Counted from the stretch's first letter, positions 1 through 8,630 are shown. The stretch: 64,000 nt of DNA from Actinomycetota bacterium (GCA_036556805.1 DATBIS010000026.1:31382-95381); one strand, 5' to 3'. Numbers and translations: made by a program. The notes: a model not told the origin generated them from the letters alone.

Positions 1-607
1 GAAGCGCGGCGCGCAACGCAGACAGGAAGTCCCTCGTGTCGTTCCCGACCTCGCGCTGATTGATCTCCGCGAGCGCATCGCGGTGCAGCACCTCGATGGG
101 GTCCTCGATCGTCACGATGTGCACCGGCTTCGTCCTGTTGATGTGGTCGATCATCGCCGCGAGCGTGGTGGTCTTGCCCGAGCCCGTCGGCCCGGTCACG
201 AGGATCAACCCGCGGTGCTCGTCGGCGATCGTCCGCACGGCCTCCGGGAGACCGATCTCCTCGAACGACGGGCCGCCGAAGCGCAGCTTGCGGAGCACCA
301 TGCTCACCGAACCGCGTTGCTTGAAGACGTTCGCGCGAAACCGCCCGACGTCGGGCAGTGAGTACGCGAAGTCGACCTCGCCGCTCTCGACGAACTTGGC
401 CTGGCGGTCGGAGGGGATGATGCTTTCCGCGATCGCCATCGTCTCCATCGACGTGAGCGAGTCGCGCTCGAGCCGCCTGAGGCCGTCGGGCATGCGGATC
501 ATCGGCGGGGAGCCGACCTTCACGTGCAGGTCCGATCCCTCCCCGACCACGAGTTCCTTCAACCAGCCATCGAACTCGGCTACCGGAGCCGGCTTCGTGC
601 CTTCCAT
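1..607 (-). CDS. pilT: Type IV pilus retraction ATPase PilT family (3' end cut by window edge)
   Basis: Minus-strand frame open to the left edge, absent from the ORF track. My translation: MEGTKPAPVAEFDGWLKELVVGEGSDLHVKVGSPPMIRMPDG...LILVTGPTGSGKTTTLAAMIDHINRTKPVHIVTIEDPIEVLH. It has the Walker A GPTGSGKTTT and PilT-type N-terminal layout. ATG is at 607-605. Confidence 0.85.
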   Translation of the reverse strand, partial: MEGTKPAPVAEFDGWLKELVVGEGSDLHVKVGSPPMIRMPDGLRRLERDSLTSMETMAIAESIIPSDRQAKFVESGEVDFAYSLPDVGRFRANVFKQRGSVSMVLRKLRFGGPSFEEIGLPEAVRTIADEHRGLILVTGPTGSGKTTTLAAMIDHINRTKPVHIVTIEDPIEVLHRDALAEINQREVGNDTRDFLSALRAAL

Positions 608-702
608 CCCATCCCTCGATCGCCGTCGACCGGTGCGGGAACGAAGGTTCCCGGCGCTTGGCTATCCCATCGGACGGTCTCGAAGCCGACTTCAGTCGGG
701 GG

Positions 703-1386
703 TCACGATTTCCCGCCGACGCGGGCGACGAGCCGGCACACCTCGCGCTCGCCCAGGGGCTCGAACTCGGTGAGGTGCAAGGGCGGCTGGGAGCCGCTCA
801 GCATCCCCTCGAGCAGGCCACGGTGGATCGTGCACACGAGCTCGCGATGATCGTCGAGCATGTCCCGGAAGGGACAGTCCCGCAGCGAGATCTCGACCGT
901 GCGGGAGCTCCTGCGCCGGAACCTCGGGTCGAACCCCGCCTCGGCGAGCGCCTCCTGCAGCTGTGCGAGGTTGGGTCCCGCCCGCCGCCGAGCCCCCGGC
1001 TTGGGCACGCTTCGGCCGACGAGGTAGATGCCCCAGTCGCGCGCGAGGCTCGCCGCGCGCTCCCGGGCACGCGTGCCCGACACGAGCGCGGCGAGGATGT
1101 CGGCGAGGAGCCGGTGGTCGCGCCCCTCCCGATCCTCCCGCTCGAGCGCCTGATACATCGTCTGGGGCCGTCCCACCGACGATCCCTTGCTCGTCGACGC
1201 CGAGACCAGGCCCGCCTCCTCGAGGCGGCGAAGGTGCGGCCGGAGCGTGTTGGGGTGCAAGGACAGGCGCACCGAGAGCTCGCGAACGGACACGGGACGC
1301 CCCGACAGACGGAGGAATCGGTAGAGACGGTGTCGCGTGTCGTCCGCGAGCGCCTTGTGAACCTCGAGCCCGGACGGCTCAGGCAT
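703..1386 (-). CDS. ArsR-type winged-HTH regulator with Cys-containing C-terminal domain
   Basis: ORF 703..1407. HTH region: LADDTRHRLYRFLRLSGRPVSVRELSVRLSLHPNTLRPHLRRLEEAGLV. C-terminal part has Cys in RDCPF, LVCTIHRG and EVCRL. Start chosen at the ATG at 1386, with GGAG 5 nt upstream. Divergent from mrp/apbC. Confidence 0.75.
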   Translation of the reverse strand: MPEPSGLEVHKALADDTRHRLYRFLRLSGRPVSVRELSVRLSLHPNTLRPHLRRLEEAGLVSASTSKGSSVGRPQTMYQALEREDREGRDHRLLADILAALVSGTRARERAASLARDWGIYLVGRSVPKPGARRRAGPNLAQLQEALAEAGFDPRFRRRSSRTVEISLRDCPFRDMLDDHRELVCTIHRGLLEGMLSGSQPPLHLTEFEPLGEREVCRLVARVGGKS

Positions 1387-1460
1387 CGTGCTCCGTGGCC
1401 GTATCATGGATAAGCACGGTTCTCACCGTGTTTATCACGAAATCGACGACGGAGGACCGA

Positions 1461-2597
1461 GTGGTCACCGAGGCACAGGTTCGCGAAGCGCTCCGCGGCG
1501 TCCTGGATCCCGAGATCGGCAAGCCGATCGAGGACATCGGGATGTTGCGCTCGATCGAGGTCGACGGGGGCGCGGTCCGCGTCCAGGTACTGATCACGAT
1601 CGAGGGATGCCCGCTGAAAGACCGCATCACGCAGGACGTCACGGCGGCGGTCTCGCCGCTCGAGGGCGTCTCCGCCGTCGACGTGGAGCTCTCCCCCATG
1701 AGCGGCGAGCAGCGCGAGGCGCTCGTGCAGCAGCTCCGGGGAGGCCACGCGGCAGCGCCCCCGTCGAAGATCTCGTTCCCGCCGACCACCTCGGTGATCG
1801 CGGTCGCTTCCGGCAAGGGCGGCGTCGGCAAGTCGAGCGTCACGGTGAACCTCGCGGTGGCGCTCGCGGCCGAGGGCCATCGCGTCGGCGTGCTCGACGC
1901 GGACGTGTGGGGCTTCAGCGTGCCCAGGATGATGGGCGTCTCGGGCAAACCGGTCGGGTTCAACGACATGATCCTGCCGCTCGAGGCCTACGGCGTGAAG
2001 GTCATCTCGATGGGGTTCTTCGTCCCAGAGGAAACCCCCGTGATCTGGCGCGGCCCGATGCTCCACAAGGCGATCGAGCAGTTCCTCGGCGACGTGTACT
2101 GGGGCGAGCTGGACTTCCTCCTGTGCGACCTCCCGCCCGGCACCGGCGACGTGTCGATCTCGCTCGCGTCGTTCCTGCCTGGAGCTGCGATGCTCGTGGT
2201 GACGACGCCGCAGGAGGCCGCGCGGAAGGTCGCCGAGCGCGCGGGCCGCATGGCCGAACGCACGAACCTGCGCCCGCTCGGCGTCATCGAGAACATGAGC
2301 TTCTTCGTGTGCCCGCACTGTGGCGAGGCGGAGCCGATCTTCGGCACCGGCGGCGGGCTCGAGGCCGCGGAGACGCTCGGCGTGCCGCTGTTCGCGCAGG
2401 TACCGTTGCTCCCGGCGCTCCGGGCCGGCGGCGACACGGGCCGGCCGATCGTCGTGACCGATCCCGACGCGGCGGCGAGCGTCGCGCTCGTGGAGGCGGC
2501 ACGCGCGGTCGCGAGATCCTCCAAGACGAAGGTCGGCAAGCCGCTCTCGTTGATCGCGGGGCCGGGCGCGACGGCCGCCGGCCACCATCACCACTGA
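1461..2597 (+). CDS. apbC: Mrp/ApbC-family Fe-S cluster carrier ATPase
   Basis: In frame with ORF 963..2597; the real start is probably the GTG at 1461 (VVTEAQVREAL). DUF59-like N-terminus, deviant Walker A ASGKGGVGKSS, CPHC motif, His-rich tail. The part upstream of 1461 is Arg/Pro junk overlapping the divergent regulator gene. Confidence 0.9.
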   Translation: MVTEAQVREALRGVLDPEIGKPIEDIGMLRSIEVDGGAVRVQVLITIEGCPLKDRITQDVTAAVSPLEGVSAVDVELSPMSGEQREALVQQLRGGHAAAPPSKISFPPTTSVIAVASGKGGVGKSSVTVNLAVALAAEGHRVGVLDADVWGFSVPRMMGVSGKPVGFNDMILPLEAYGVKVISMGFFVPEETPVIWRGPMLHKAIEQFLGDVYWGELDFLLCDLPPGTGDVSISLASFLPGAAMLVVTTPQEAARKVAERAGRMAERTNLRPLGVIENMSFFVCPHCGEAEPIFGTGGGLEAAETLGVPLFAQVPLLPALRAGGDTGRPIVVTDPDAAASVALVEAARAVARSSKTKVGKPLSLIAGPGATAAGHHHH

Positions 2598-2620
2598 GGT
2601 GCCGGGTCCGACGGACCGAG

Positions 2621-2812
2621 CTACTGGCTGAGGGGAGGGCGCGTCGAGGGCTCCGCGTGCATCCAGCAGAGCGTCGACGCGTTGTAGATCGACAGGACGG
2701 TCGAGCAGCCGGGCTCCAGGCACACGCGCCCGGAGGATGATTGCGACGCGACATCCTTCCCTCGAACCGGCGTTCCGAGCTGAGCGTTGCCCCTGGTGCT
2801 CCGAGCCGCCAT
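2621..2812 (-). CDS. Small (63 aa) putative zinc-binding protein
   Basis: ORF 2621..2812. C-x4-C-x13-C-x2-H pattern (CLEPGCSTVLSIYNASTLCWMH). ATG preceded by GAAGGGA. Lies downstream of lgt on the same strand. No family recognised with certainty. Confidence 0.4.
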   Translation of the reverse strand: MAARSTRGNAQLGTPVRGKDVASQSSSGRVCLEPGCSTVLSIYNASTLCWMHAEPSTRPPLSQ

Positions 2813-2922
2813 CTCGATCCCTTCGCGCGATGGATCGCGTCGATTCGATGGAGCGAAGGGACGGGATGTGGAACGCCACCGGTCGACCGCTCGAGCGAAT
2901 CCTCGGGTGGCACCCGAGACAA

Positions 2923-3972
2923 TCAGCCTAACAGTCCGCCCTCGTCGTCGTCGTCGGCCGCGCGCGACGCGGCATCACCGTCGTCGGGCGATCGCTCCCC
3001 TTCCGACGCCGCGACGGGCTCGAGCGCCGGACCCGGACCTTTCCGGATCGCCCACACGGCGAGCGTGATGCCCGAGAGCAGCGCGACGGTCGCGCCGGTC
3101 CACTGCGAGCCGGTCAGCCCGAAGAATCGCTTGTCGATACGCAAGGAGTCCTCGACGACGCGCATCGTCCCGTACCAGAGGCCGAACGTGAGCGTGAGCA
3201 CGCCGAGCCGCCGCGGCTTGCTCACGAGGAACCAGAGCAGCGCGAACAGGAGCCAGGCGCTGATCATGTCGTAGAGCGCGGTCTGGTGGACGCCGACCCC
3301 CTGCGCCAGCAGCCGACCGTGCGCGTCGACGAGCGTCGCCGCCCCGCGCGTGATCGTTTCGATCGAGCCGTCCTGCAGCGTCGCGCTGCACGCGCCGTTC
3401 GCGCAGACCCACGGTGGTGCAAGCGTTCCCCCGTGATAGGTCCACGCGAGCAGCCAGCTCGTGGGCTTCCCGAGGTGATCGCCGATGATGAGGTCGCCGA
3501 CGCGTCCGATGCCGATCCCGAGCGCGATGCACACGACCGCGGGATCCATCGTTCGGAAGAAGCCCCAACCCAGCCGGCGCATCCGCGGGACGTTGATGAG
3601 CACCGCGCCGGCGATGCCTCCCAACAGCGAGATGCCGCCCCTCCAGATGGCGAGCATGTCTCCGAGGCCGTCGAACTCGGAGTAATGCGCGATGACGTAG
3701 AAGAGGCGGGCGCCGATGATCGTGCCGACCAGCGCCCAGAAGATCATCTTCTCGAAGGTGGCGCGGACCTCCGCACGCCGCCCGGCGAGCTCCTCGGGCG
3801 TGAGGGTGCCGTCGTCGGGAACGAGTCGCGGCGGCCCGATCCTCGTGAGCAGCGAGGCTCCGATCAGGAAGCCGATCGCGATGCCGAGGCCGTGCGGGGA
3901 GATCGCGATCGAGTCCCCGAGGCGGATGCGATCGAGGACCGGCCAGCCGATCGAGCCGAGCGCGGGGATCAC
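2923..3972 (-). CDS. lgt: Prolipoprotein diacylglyceryl transferase
   Basis: ORF 2923..3972. Multi-TM protein with Lgt-type motifs (GLGIAIGFLIG, LAIWRGGISLLGG, GIGRVGDLIIGDHLGKPT). Acidic C-terminal tail. Confidence 0.9.
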   Translation of the reverse strand: MIPALGSIGWPVLDRIRLGDSIAISPHGLGIAIGFLIGASLLTRIGPPRLVPDDGTLTPEELAGRRAEVRATFEKMIFWALVGTIIGARLFYVIAHYSEFDGLGDMLAIWRGGISLLGGIAGAVLINVPRMRRLGWGFFRTMDPAVVCIALGIGIGRVGDLIIGDHLGKPTSWLLAWTYHGGTLAPPWVCANGACSATLQDGSIETITRGAATLVDAHGRLLAQGVGVHQTALYDMISAWLLFALLWFLVSKPRRLGVLTLTFGLWYGTMRVVEDSLRIDKRFFGLTGSQWTGATVALLSGITLAVWAIRKGPGPALEPVAASEGERSPDDGDAASRAADDDDEGGLLG

Positions 3973-3982
3973 GCGGCCGAGT

Positions 3983-4567
3983 CTAGCGACCGTCGTCGAA
4001 GAGCTCGGCGACCCCCCTGCCGAGCAGGATGCCGCCCGAGACGTCCGAGGGGTAGTGCACGCCGAGGTAGACGCGCGACATGCCCACGGCGTTCGCGAGC
4101 GCCGAGAGCAGCGCGCGCGCCGTCCCCGGCAGATCGAGGTCCCGCCCCGCGACCGTGAGGAACGAGACGAGCACGGCCGGATGGCTGCTCGGCCAGCTGG
4201 TGCCGTTCGGCTTGCCGATCAACAAGCGCGTGCCGTCGGGATCCGCGTCGTACGGGCGGGGGCGGAGGAAGACCTTCTTGAGGCCCTGGCCGGCCGCCCA
4301 CGTGATCGATGCGGCCGCGAGCGCCCGCGCGGCCGTCCGCCGGTGACCGGCGAGCGCGAGAGCGCCGGCGGCGGCGCCGGCCGCCCACCACGAACCCAGC
4401 TCGGTGATCGTCTCGTAGACGCGGTCGGCGCCGCCGCCGGCGCGGTCGTTCACCCGCCGGAACGCCTTCGCGTCGCGCTCGCGTCCGTCCTCGGTCGAGC
4501 TCCATGCGCCGATCGCGAGCGAGGCTCCGCCCAGCACGAGGCCCTTCACGACGGTGCGCGCGCGCAT
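3983..4567 (-). CDS. PAP2-family phosphatase (membrane)
   Basis: C-terminal 194 aa of ORF 3983..4993, starting at the ATG at 4567 (MRARTVVKGL, TM helix follows). PAP2 motifs: KKVFLRPRP, SSHP, SRVYLGVHYPSDV. Confidence 0.8.
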   Translation of the reverse strand: MRARTVVKGLVLGGASLAIGAWSSTEDGRERDAKAFRRVNDRAGGGADRVYETITELGSWWAAGAAAGALALAGHRRTAARALAAASITWAAGQGLKKVFLRPRPYDADPDGTRLLIGKPNGTSWPSSHPAVLVSFLTVAGRDLDLPGTARALLSALANAVGMSRVYLGVHYPSDVSGGILLGRGVAELFDDGR

Positions 4568-4596
4568 GGTGCGCGATGATAGGCGACGGCGACGAT

Positions 4597-5043
4597 TCAC
4601 GACGGCGCGGACTCGATCTCGCGCTTTTGCGCGAGGATCCCCCGCCGCAAGGCGAGCTGTGAGCCGCCGACCGCCGCGAGGCTCTTTGCGGCAAACGATC
4701 CGAGCAGCCCCTTGAACGTGTAGTCGACCTCGTGCCGCAAGAGCGACCGCTCGAACGGCAGCGACGCGATCGAGGTCGTCACGGTGCCGCTGAGGATGCC
4801 GCTCAGCCGGAAGCGCGCGAGCCAGGGCGGCTCCCATTCGAGCACCTCGGCCTGGACGTCCGATCGCGCCGCCATGAACCGCATGCGGATCGAATAGTGC
4901 GCGCCGGGCCCCAGTCCCTTCGAGGGCAGCCACACGCGTTCGATGTGGCGGTCCCAGTGCGGAAGGTTGACCGGATTGCTCGTGACCTCCCACACGCGCT
5001 CCGGGCTCGCGTCGACCTCGACCGAGGCTTCGACGATCGTCAC
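4597..5043 (-). CDS. SRPBCC (START/Bet v1-like, polyketide cyclase/dehydrase-type) protein
   Basis: C-terminal part of ORF 4597..5520 (VTIVEASVEVDASPERVWEVTSNPVNLPHWDRHI...). The GTG at 5043 overlaps the upstream stop (GTGA). Confidence 0.75.
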   Translation of the reverse strand: MTIVEASVEVDASPERVWEVTSNPVNLPHWDRHIERVWLPSKGLGPGAHYSIRMRFMAARSDVQAEVLEWEPPWLARFRLSGILSGTVTTSIASLPFERSLLRHEVDYTFKGLLGSFAAKSLAAVGGSQLALRRGILAQKREIESAPS

Positions 5044-5984
5044 GCCGCGGCGCTTCCGCTCGACCAGCCGTGCCACCACACGAGGCGCGACGGCGCGATC
5101 CGCACCAGCGCGTCGAGGCCGGGGCCGATCGACTTCAAGATCGACTTTGCTGATCGCGCCCCGGATTCGAGCGCGGCGAGCGTGTAGACGGAGCCGGCGC
5201 CCTGCACCATCGCGCCCACCATCTCGCGCGCGCGCCACGCGCTCGCGCGATCGACCGTGAGGGCGACCGCAACCTCGGGGCCGGCGTCGGCGAGGGCGAG
5301 CGTCTCCACCGGAAGCCCCGCGTACAGCGCTCCCCCGTCCGCGAGCCACCGGCAGGGCACGACCGTGGGGCCCTGTGGGCCGGCGAGGGCGAGCGCACCC
5401 TCGCCGCTTTCGCCCATCGCCGACCGAACGTCGAGCGGAAGGGGATCGAACGCGGCCTTGCCCTTCCTCGTCGCGGTGAACGCCGTGTGCGAGGAGACCT
5501 CGCCGCCCCACCGGCTCCACCCCTCCTGCACGCCCTCGTCATCGACGAGCGCCGTGCGGCCGACGTCGATGCCGACGAAGACGCGTCCCGGGGGTGTCCA
5601 CGCGAACGGCACCTGCTTCGCGTCGACCGCGTAGCCCGCGAAGAAGCGTGCGTTCTTCCGGCTGAACTTCACCGAGGCGCGCGCGAGCTGCGGCGCGTCG
5701 GAGACCGTCGCCCCCCACGTGCCGCGATCCAACAGGTCGAACGTGCGCACCGTGCCCGTGAACGTGACCGCGAGGTCGCCGTGACGCACGAGCCCCGCCA
5801 TCGACGGATCCAGAGCCCACGAGCGCGCCTTCACCGATCGCCGCGAGGTCGTGAGCCACAGGCGCCCGCCCGACAGGGCGAACACCAGCGGCGTGCAGTG
5901 GGGCCCGTTCGGGGTGAGGCTCGCCACCGAGCAGAACTCGCCGTGCTCGAGCACGTCCTGGATCGCCGTCGACAGGAAGCTCAC
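5040..5984 (-). CDS. Pyridoxamine 5'-phosphate oxidase-like (split-barrel) family protein, apparently two tandem domains
   Basis: C-terminal 314 aa of ORF 5040..6353. The segment LEHGEFCSVASLTPNGPHCTPLVFALSGGRLWLTTSRRSVKARSW resembles PPOX/FMN-binding split-barrel proteins. A second similar segment is GPTVVPCRWLADGGALYAGL. The GTG at 5984 overlaps the upstream stop (GTGA). Confidence 0.6.
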   Translation of the reverse strand: MSFLSTAIQDVLEHGEFCSVASLTPNGPHCTPLVFALSGGRLWLTTSRRSVKARSWALDPSMAGLVRHGDLAVTFTGTVRTFDLLDRGTWGATVSDAPQLARASVKFSRKNARFFAGYAVDAKQVPFAWTPPGRVFVGIDVGRTALVDDEGVQEGWSRWGGEVSSHTAFTATRKGKAAFDPLPLDVRSAMGESGEGALALAGPQGPTVVPCRWLADGGALYAGLPVETLALADAGPEVAVALTVDRASAWRAREMVGAMVQGAGSVYTLAALESGARSAKSILKSIGPGLDALVRIAPSRLVWWHGWSSGSAAA

Positions 5985-6595
5985 GGCCGCATCATCTCCC
6001 CATCGACGGCCGGTGGGCGAACCAGCATGAGCCCGGTCCACACGACGTGGCTCGCGATCGGCGCGAGCACGCCGCCGCTCCACCACGCGAGGCCGCTCCA
6101 GACGGCGCCGCCCACGAGCGCCGCCGCCACGATCGGGAGCCGGCGGCTCGGAAGGTTCACGGCCACGCCGACCGCGACCGCCGCGGCGGCGGCCGCGGCG
6201 GCGCCGGCCGTCACCTGCTCTTGGATCAGCCCGCGCAAGAAGAGCTCCTCCCCCGGCGCGGTGACGAGCAGCGCGAGCACCAGGCGTCGTGCGAGCGGTT
6301 CCTCGTCGGCCACCGCGTACGCAGCAACGACGTGACGCCGGAATCGCTCCCACGGGCCCACGAGGCGCACGAACGCGAGCGTTGCGACGTAGAAGGCGAC
6401 TCCCGCGATTGCGCCGACTGCCGCCGAGGCTCCCGAGCCGAACGAAAGATCCGAGCCCAGGATTGCGATCGTGCCGGCGCCGAGCACGACGTACACGGCA
6501 GGGAGCACGCGGAAGACCGTCGAGCGCCCGCTCGCGACCCAGGCCCAGGCGGTGGCGATCGCGAGCCCGCCGCCGATCGCGAAGGCCACGCGCAC
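5981..6595 (-). CDS. CPBP-family intramembrane glutamic endopeptidase (CAAX protease-like)
   Basis: C-terminal part of ORF 5981..7294. Multi-TM protein with the EExxxR motif (PGEELFLRG) and a later His-containing helix (IASHVVWTG). Start GTG at 6595 or 6589, just after the stop of the upstream membrane protein. Confidence 0.7.
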   Translation of the reverse strand: MRVAFAIGGGLAIATAWAWVASGRSTVFRVLPAVYVVLGAGTIAILGSDLSFGSGASAAVGAIAGVAFYVATLAFVRLVGPWERFRRHVVAAYAVADEEPLARRLVLALLVTAPGEELFLRGLIQEQVTAGAAAAAAAAVAVGVAVNLPSRRLPIVAAALVGGAVWSGLAWWSGGVLAPIASHVVWTGLMLVRPPAVDGEMMRP

Positions 6596-6597
6596 GG

Positions 6598-7377
6598 CTA
6601 CCTCGGGAGGAACCGCACCTTCACCGCCACCTCGGCGGTGAACGCGGTGACGACCGCGAGGTAGAAGAAGCCGGTCGCCGATTGCACCGCGGAGGCCCTC
6701 GTGCCCGCGAGCGCGGCCTTTACGAGCACCGCGATGAGCGCGGTGGTCCCCACCATGCCGAGGGCGATCCACGGCGCGAGCGCGCCGGCGGTGAGAAGCG
6801 GGTTGAACTGCGACGAGGCTTCGACGCGGCCGAACCCCGCCGAGAGCACCGCGGCGGCCTCCAGCACCACGGCGGCGAGCAGCACCGTCGTGTACCGATT
6901 GATCGGTCCGCGCGAGAGGCCGCGGTCGGTGAGGTACCAGTGACCGAGCAGCAGTCCGTCCAGCACCGCGCCGAGGAACGCCGCCCCGGCGAAGAGCTGG
7001 AACAGCGCAACGGGCTCGGCCTGCCGAGCGGTGCCCGCCATCGCGACCACACCCGCGATCGCGACGGGTACGCCGGCGAGGCCCATCCAACGAGCCGCCG
7101 TCTCTCGTCGCGCGAAGAACAGGACGGTCCACCCCGCCACGATCAGCGTGCTCGCGAGCGCGAGCCTCACGGCCCACGTTCCCGCGGCGTTTCCGCCCAC
7201 GACGCCGGCGGCGGCCGAACGCCACCACCCGAACGCGAGCACGGCGAGGATGGCGCCGGAGAGCTTGAAGTAGCCGCGCTTCACCTCGTTCCACAGCGGC
7301 GTGAGCCAGAGCAGCGCGGCGGCGCCCGCCACCGTCTGCCCCAGGACGAGCGCCATCACCCCCGCCGATCCCTCCAT
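6598..7377 (-). CDS. Polytopic membrane protein, unknown function
   Basis: ORF 6598..7425. About 8 hydrophobic helices. Conserved-looking segment LLLGHWYLTDRGLSRGPINRY. Start chosen at the ATG at 7377 (MEGSAGVMALVLG). Confidence 0.6.
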   Translation of the reverse strand: MEGSAGVMALVLGQTVAGAAALLWLTPLWNEVKRGYFKLSGAILAVLAFGWWRSAAAGVVGGNAAGTWAVRLALASTLIVAGWTVLFFARRETAARWMGLAGVPVAIAGVVAMAGTARQAEPVALFQLFAGAAFLGAVLDGLLLGHWYLTDRGLSRGPINRYTTVLLAAVVLEAAAVLSAGFGRVEASSQFNPLLTAGALAPWIALGMVGTTALIAVLVKAALAGTRASAVQSATGFFYLAVVTAFTAEVAVKVRFLPR

Positions 7378-7423
7378 GCTCGTCAGCCTACCGGCGCCGC
7401 CCCGCCCGGTACCCTGTTCGCCC

Positions 7424-8215
7424 ATGCGGGACTGGCGCTCCTACGACGACGTCGCCGAGACGTACGAGCGCGTGCACGCGCCGCGCTTCGCGGAGCTCGC
7501 GCGCGACCTCGTCGAGCTCGCCGGCGTCACGAGGGGTCAGCGCGTGCTCGACGTCGGGACGGGCACCGGCGTGGGCGCGGAGGCGGCGATCCTCGCGGGG
7601 GCGGCGGTGGTGGGACTCGACGCGTCGACCGGGATGCTCGAGGTCGGAAGACGACAGCGGGCCACGATCCCGTTCGTCGCCGGCAGGGCGATCGACCTGC
7701 CGTTCACCAACGCGCGCTTCGACGTCGTCACCGGCAACCTCGTGATCGGGCACTTCACGAAGTATCAGACGGCGCTGTTCGACATGATCCGCGTCTTGAA
7801 GCCGGGTGGCCGGCTCGCGCTCTCGGCGTGGGCCGACCGTCGCGACAACCTCCAGGATGCGTGGATCGAGCTCGCCGAGTCGGTCGTGCCGCGCGACGTC
7901 CTGCGCTCGGCGCTCGACAAGGCGTATCCCTGGGGCGATCACTTCGCGGACCGCGAGCGTCTCGAGCAGGCGTTGGTCGACGCCGATCTCCGCCACGTGC
8001 GAACCGAGAAGCGGCGCTACCAGTTCCGCTACGGTCGCGACGAGTACGTCGAGGGACTGTCGACGTTCACGGTCGGGCGCTTCCTCCGGGAGATGCTCGG
8101 CGAGGAGGGGTTCGCGTCGTTCATGGATCGAGCAAAGGCCGCGTTCTCGGAACGGTTCGCCGATCCGCTCAACGACTTCCGCGACGCCACGCTCGCGATC
8201 GCGACGAAGCCCTAG
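7424..8215 (+). CDS. Class I SAM-dependent methyltransferase
   Basis: In frame with ORF 7301..8215, ATG at 7424 (MRDWRSYDDVAETYERV). Motif I VLDVGTGTG; post-I GLDAS; LKPGGRLAL. Confidence 0.85.
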   Translation: MRDWRSYDDVAETYERVHAPRFAELARDLVELAGVTRGQRVLDVGTGTGVGAEAAILAGAAVVGLDASTGMLEVGRRQRATIPFVAGRAIDLPFTNARFDVVTGNLVIGHFTKYQTALFDMIRVLKPGGRLALSAWADRRDNLQDAWIELAESVVPRDVLRSALDKAYPWGDHFADRERLEQALVDADLRHVRTEKRRYQFRYGRDEYVEGLSTFTVGRFLREMLGEEGFASFMDRAKAAFSERFADPLNDFRDATLAIATKP

Positions 8216-8294
8216 CCCCAGGTAGTGGACTCGCCAACGACCGCACCAATGGCGAAGATGAGCACATGAAGGCACCTGATCCATTCGCGTTGGT

Positions 8295-8630
8295 GTGGCG
8301 TGGACTGAGCCGGGGCGAGCGACGAGCAGTCATCGTGACGGCCCTTCGGGGTCGTCAAGCACAGAACCCATTCGCTTCGTCGTGGAGTTCGCGAACAGGA
8401 GACTGGAGCCCTCCTGGCGCTGGCGTCTCGCGATCTCGATCCTGCTCGGCGACGTGGGTATCGCCGCTTTCGCATGGATCGCCTACGAACGGATCGCTTG
8501 GGGTCCTTTGATTGGTCTCTGCATCGCGGTTCCGCTTGGGCTCTTTGCGATCGTGCAGTACCGTCGAGCACGAACGGTCAATCAACCGTTGGCTCAGACT
8601 CACGACCGCGGTCGGCCGGCTGATTCCTAG
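8295..8630 (+). CDS. Hypothetical small membrane protein (two TM helices); start uncertain, possible frameshift
   Basis: ORF 8295..8630 in a locally lower-GC patch. TM segments: WRLAISILLGDVGIAAFAWIA and LIGLCIAVPLGLFAIVQY. An ATG at 8266 opens a plausible N-terminus (MKAPDPFALVWRGLSRGERRAVIVTALRG) in a different frame. Confidence 0.3.
   Translation: MAWTEPGRATSSHRDGPSGSSSTEPIRFVVEFANRRLEPSWRWRLAISILLGDVGIAAFAWIAYERIAWGPLIGLCIAVPLGLFAIVQYRRARTVNQPLAQTHDRGRPADS

Noticed and set aside
1-607. pilT at the window edge as part of a larger pilus, secretion or novel ATPase system.
   Set aside because: Only the N-terminal two thirds of one gene are visible, and the neighbouring genes in the window (ArsR-like regulator, mrp) are unrelated. 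No inference is possible beyond the family call.
963-1460. Long N-terminal extensions offered by the ORF track, for example mrp from 963, hutI from 12836, CBS from 20415, the ALDH from 42783, hutH from 16322, cphA from 52888 and ispH from 60221.
   Set aside because: The extensions are low-complexity, overlap neighbouring real genes, and precede the point where family-typical N-termini begin. Internal GTG/ATG starts, often with GTGA/ATGA coupling or a Shine-Dalgarno sequence, fit better.
1404-2879. Long minus-strand ORF (491 aa) antisense to mrp/apbC. Similar long shadow ORFs: 6289..8511+, 11187..12602-, 12770..14155-, 14353..16374-, 21392..23506+, 21813..23582-, 25275..27098+, 25432..26790-, 30429..32132-, 31912..34062-, 38841..40217-, 40435..41802+, 41820..43358+, 43505..45163+, 46459..47793-, 47678..49318-, 49868..52633+, 51585..52943-, 52630..54243+, 57581..59170-, 60984..63083+.
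   Set aside because: Their translations are Arg/Pro/Gly/Ala-rich low-complexity strings with no recognisable motifs. Each fully overlaps a gene on another frame or strand that has clear family signatures. Open antisense frames like these are expected in very GC-rich DNA.
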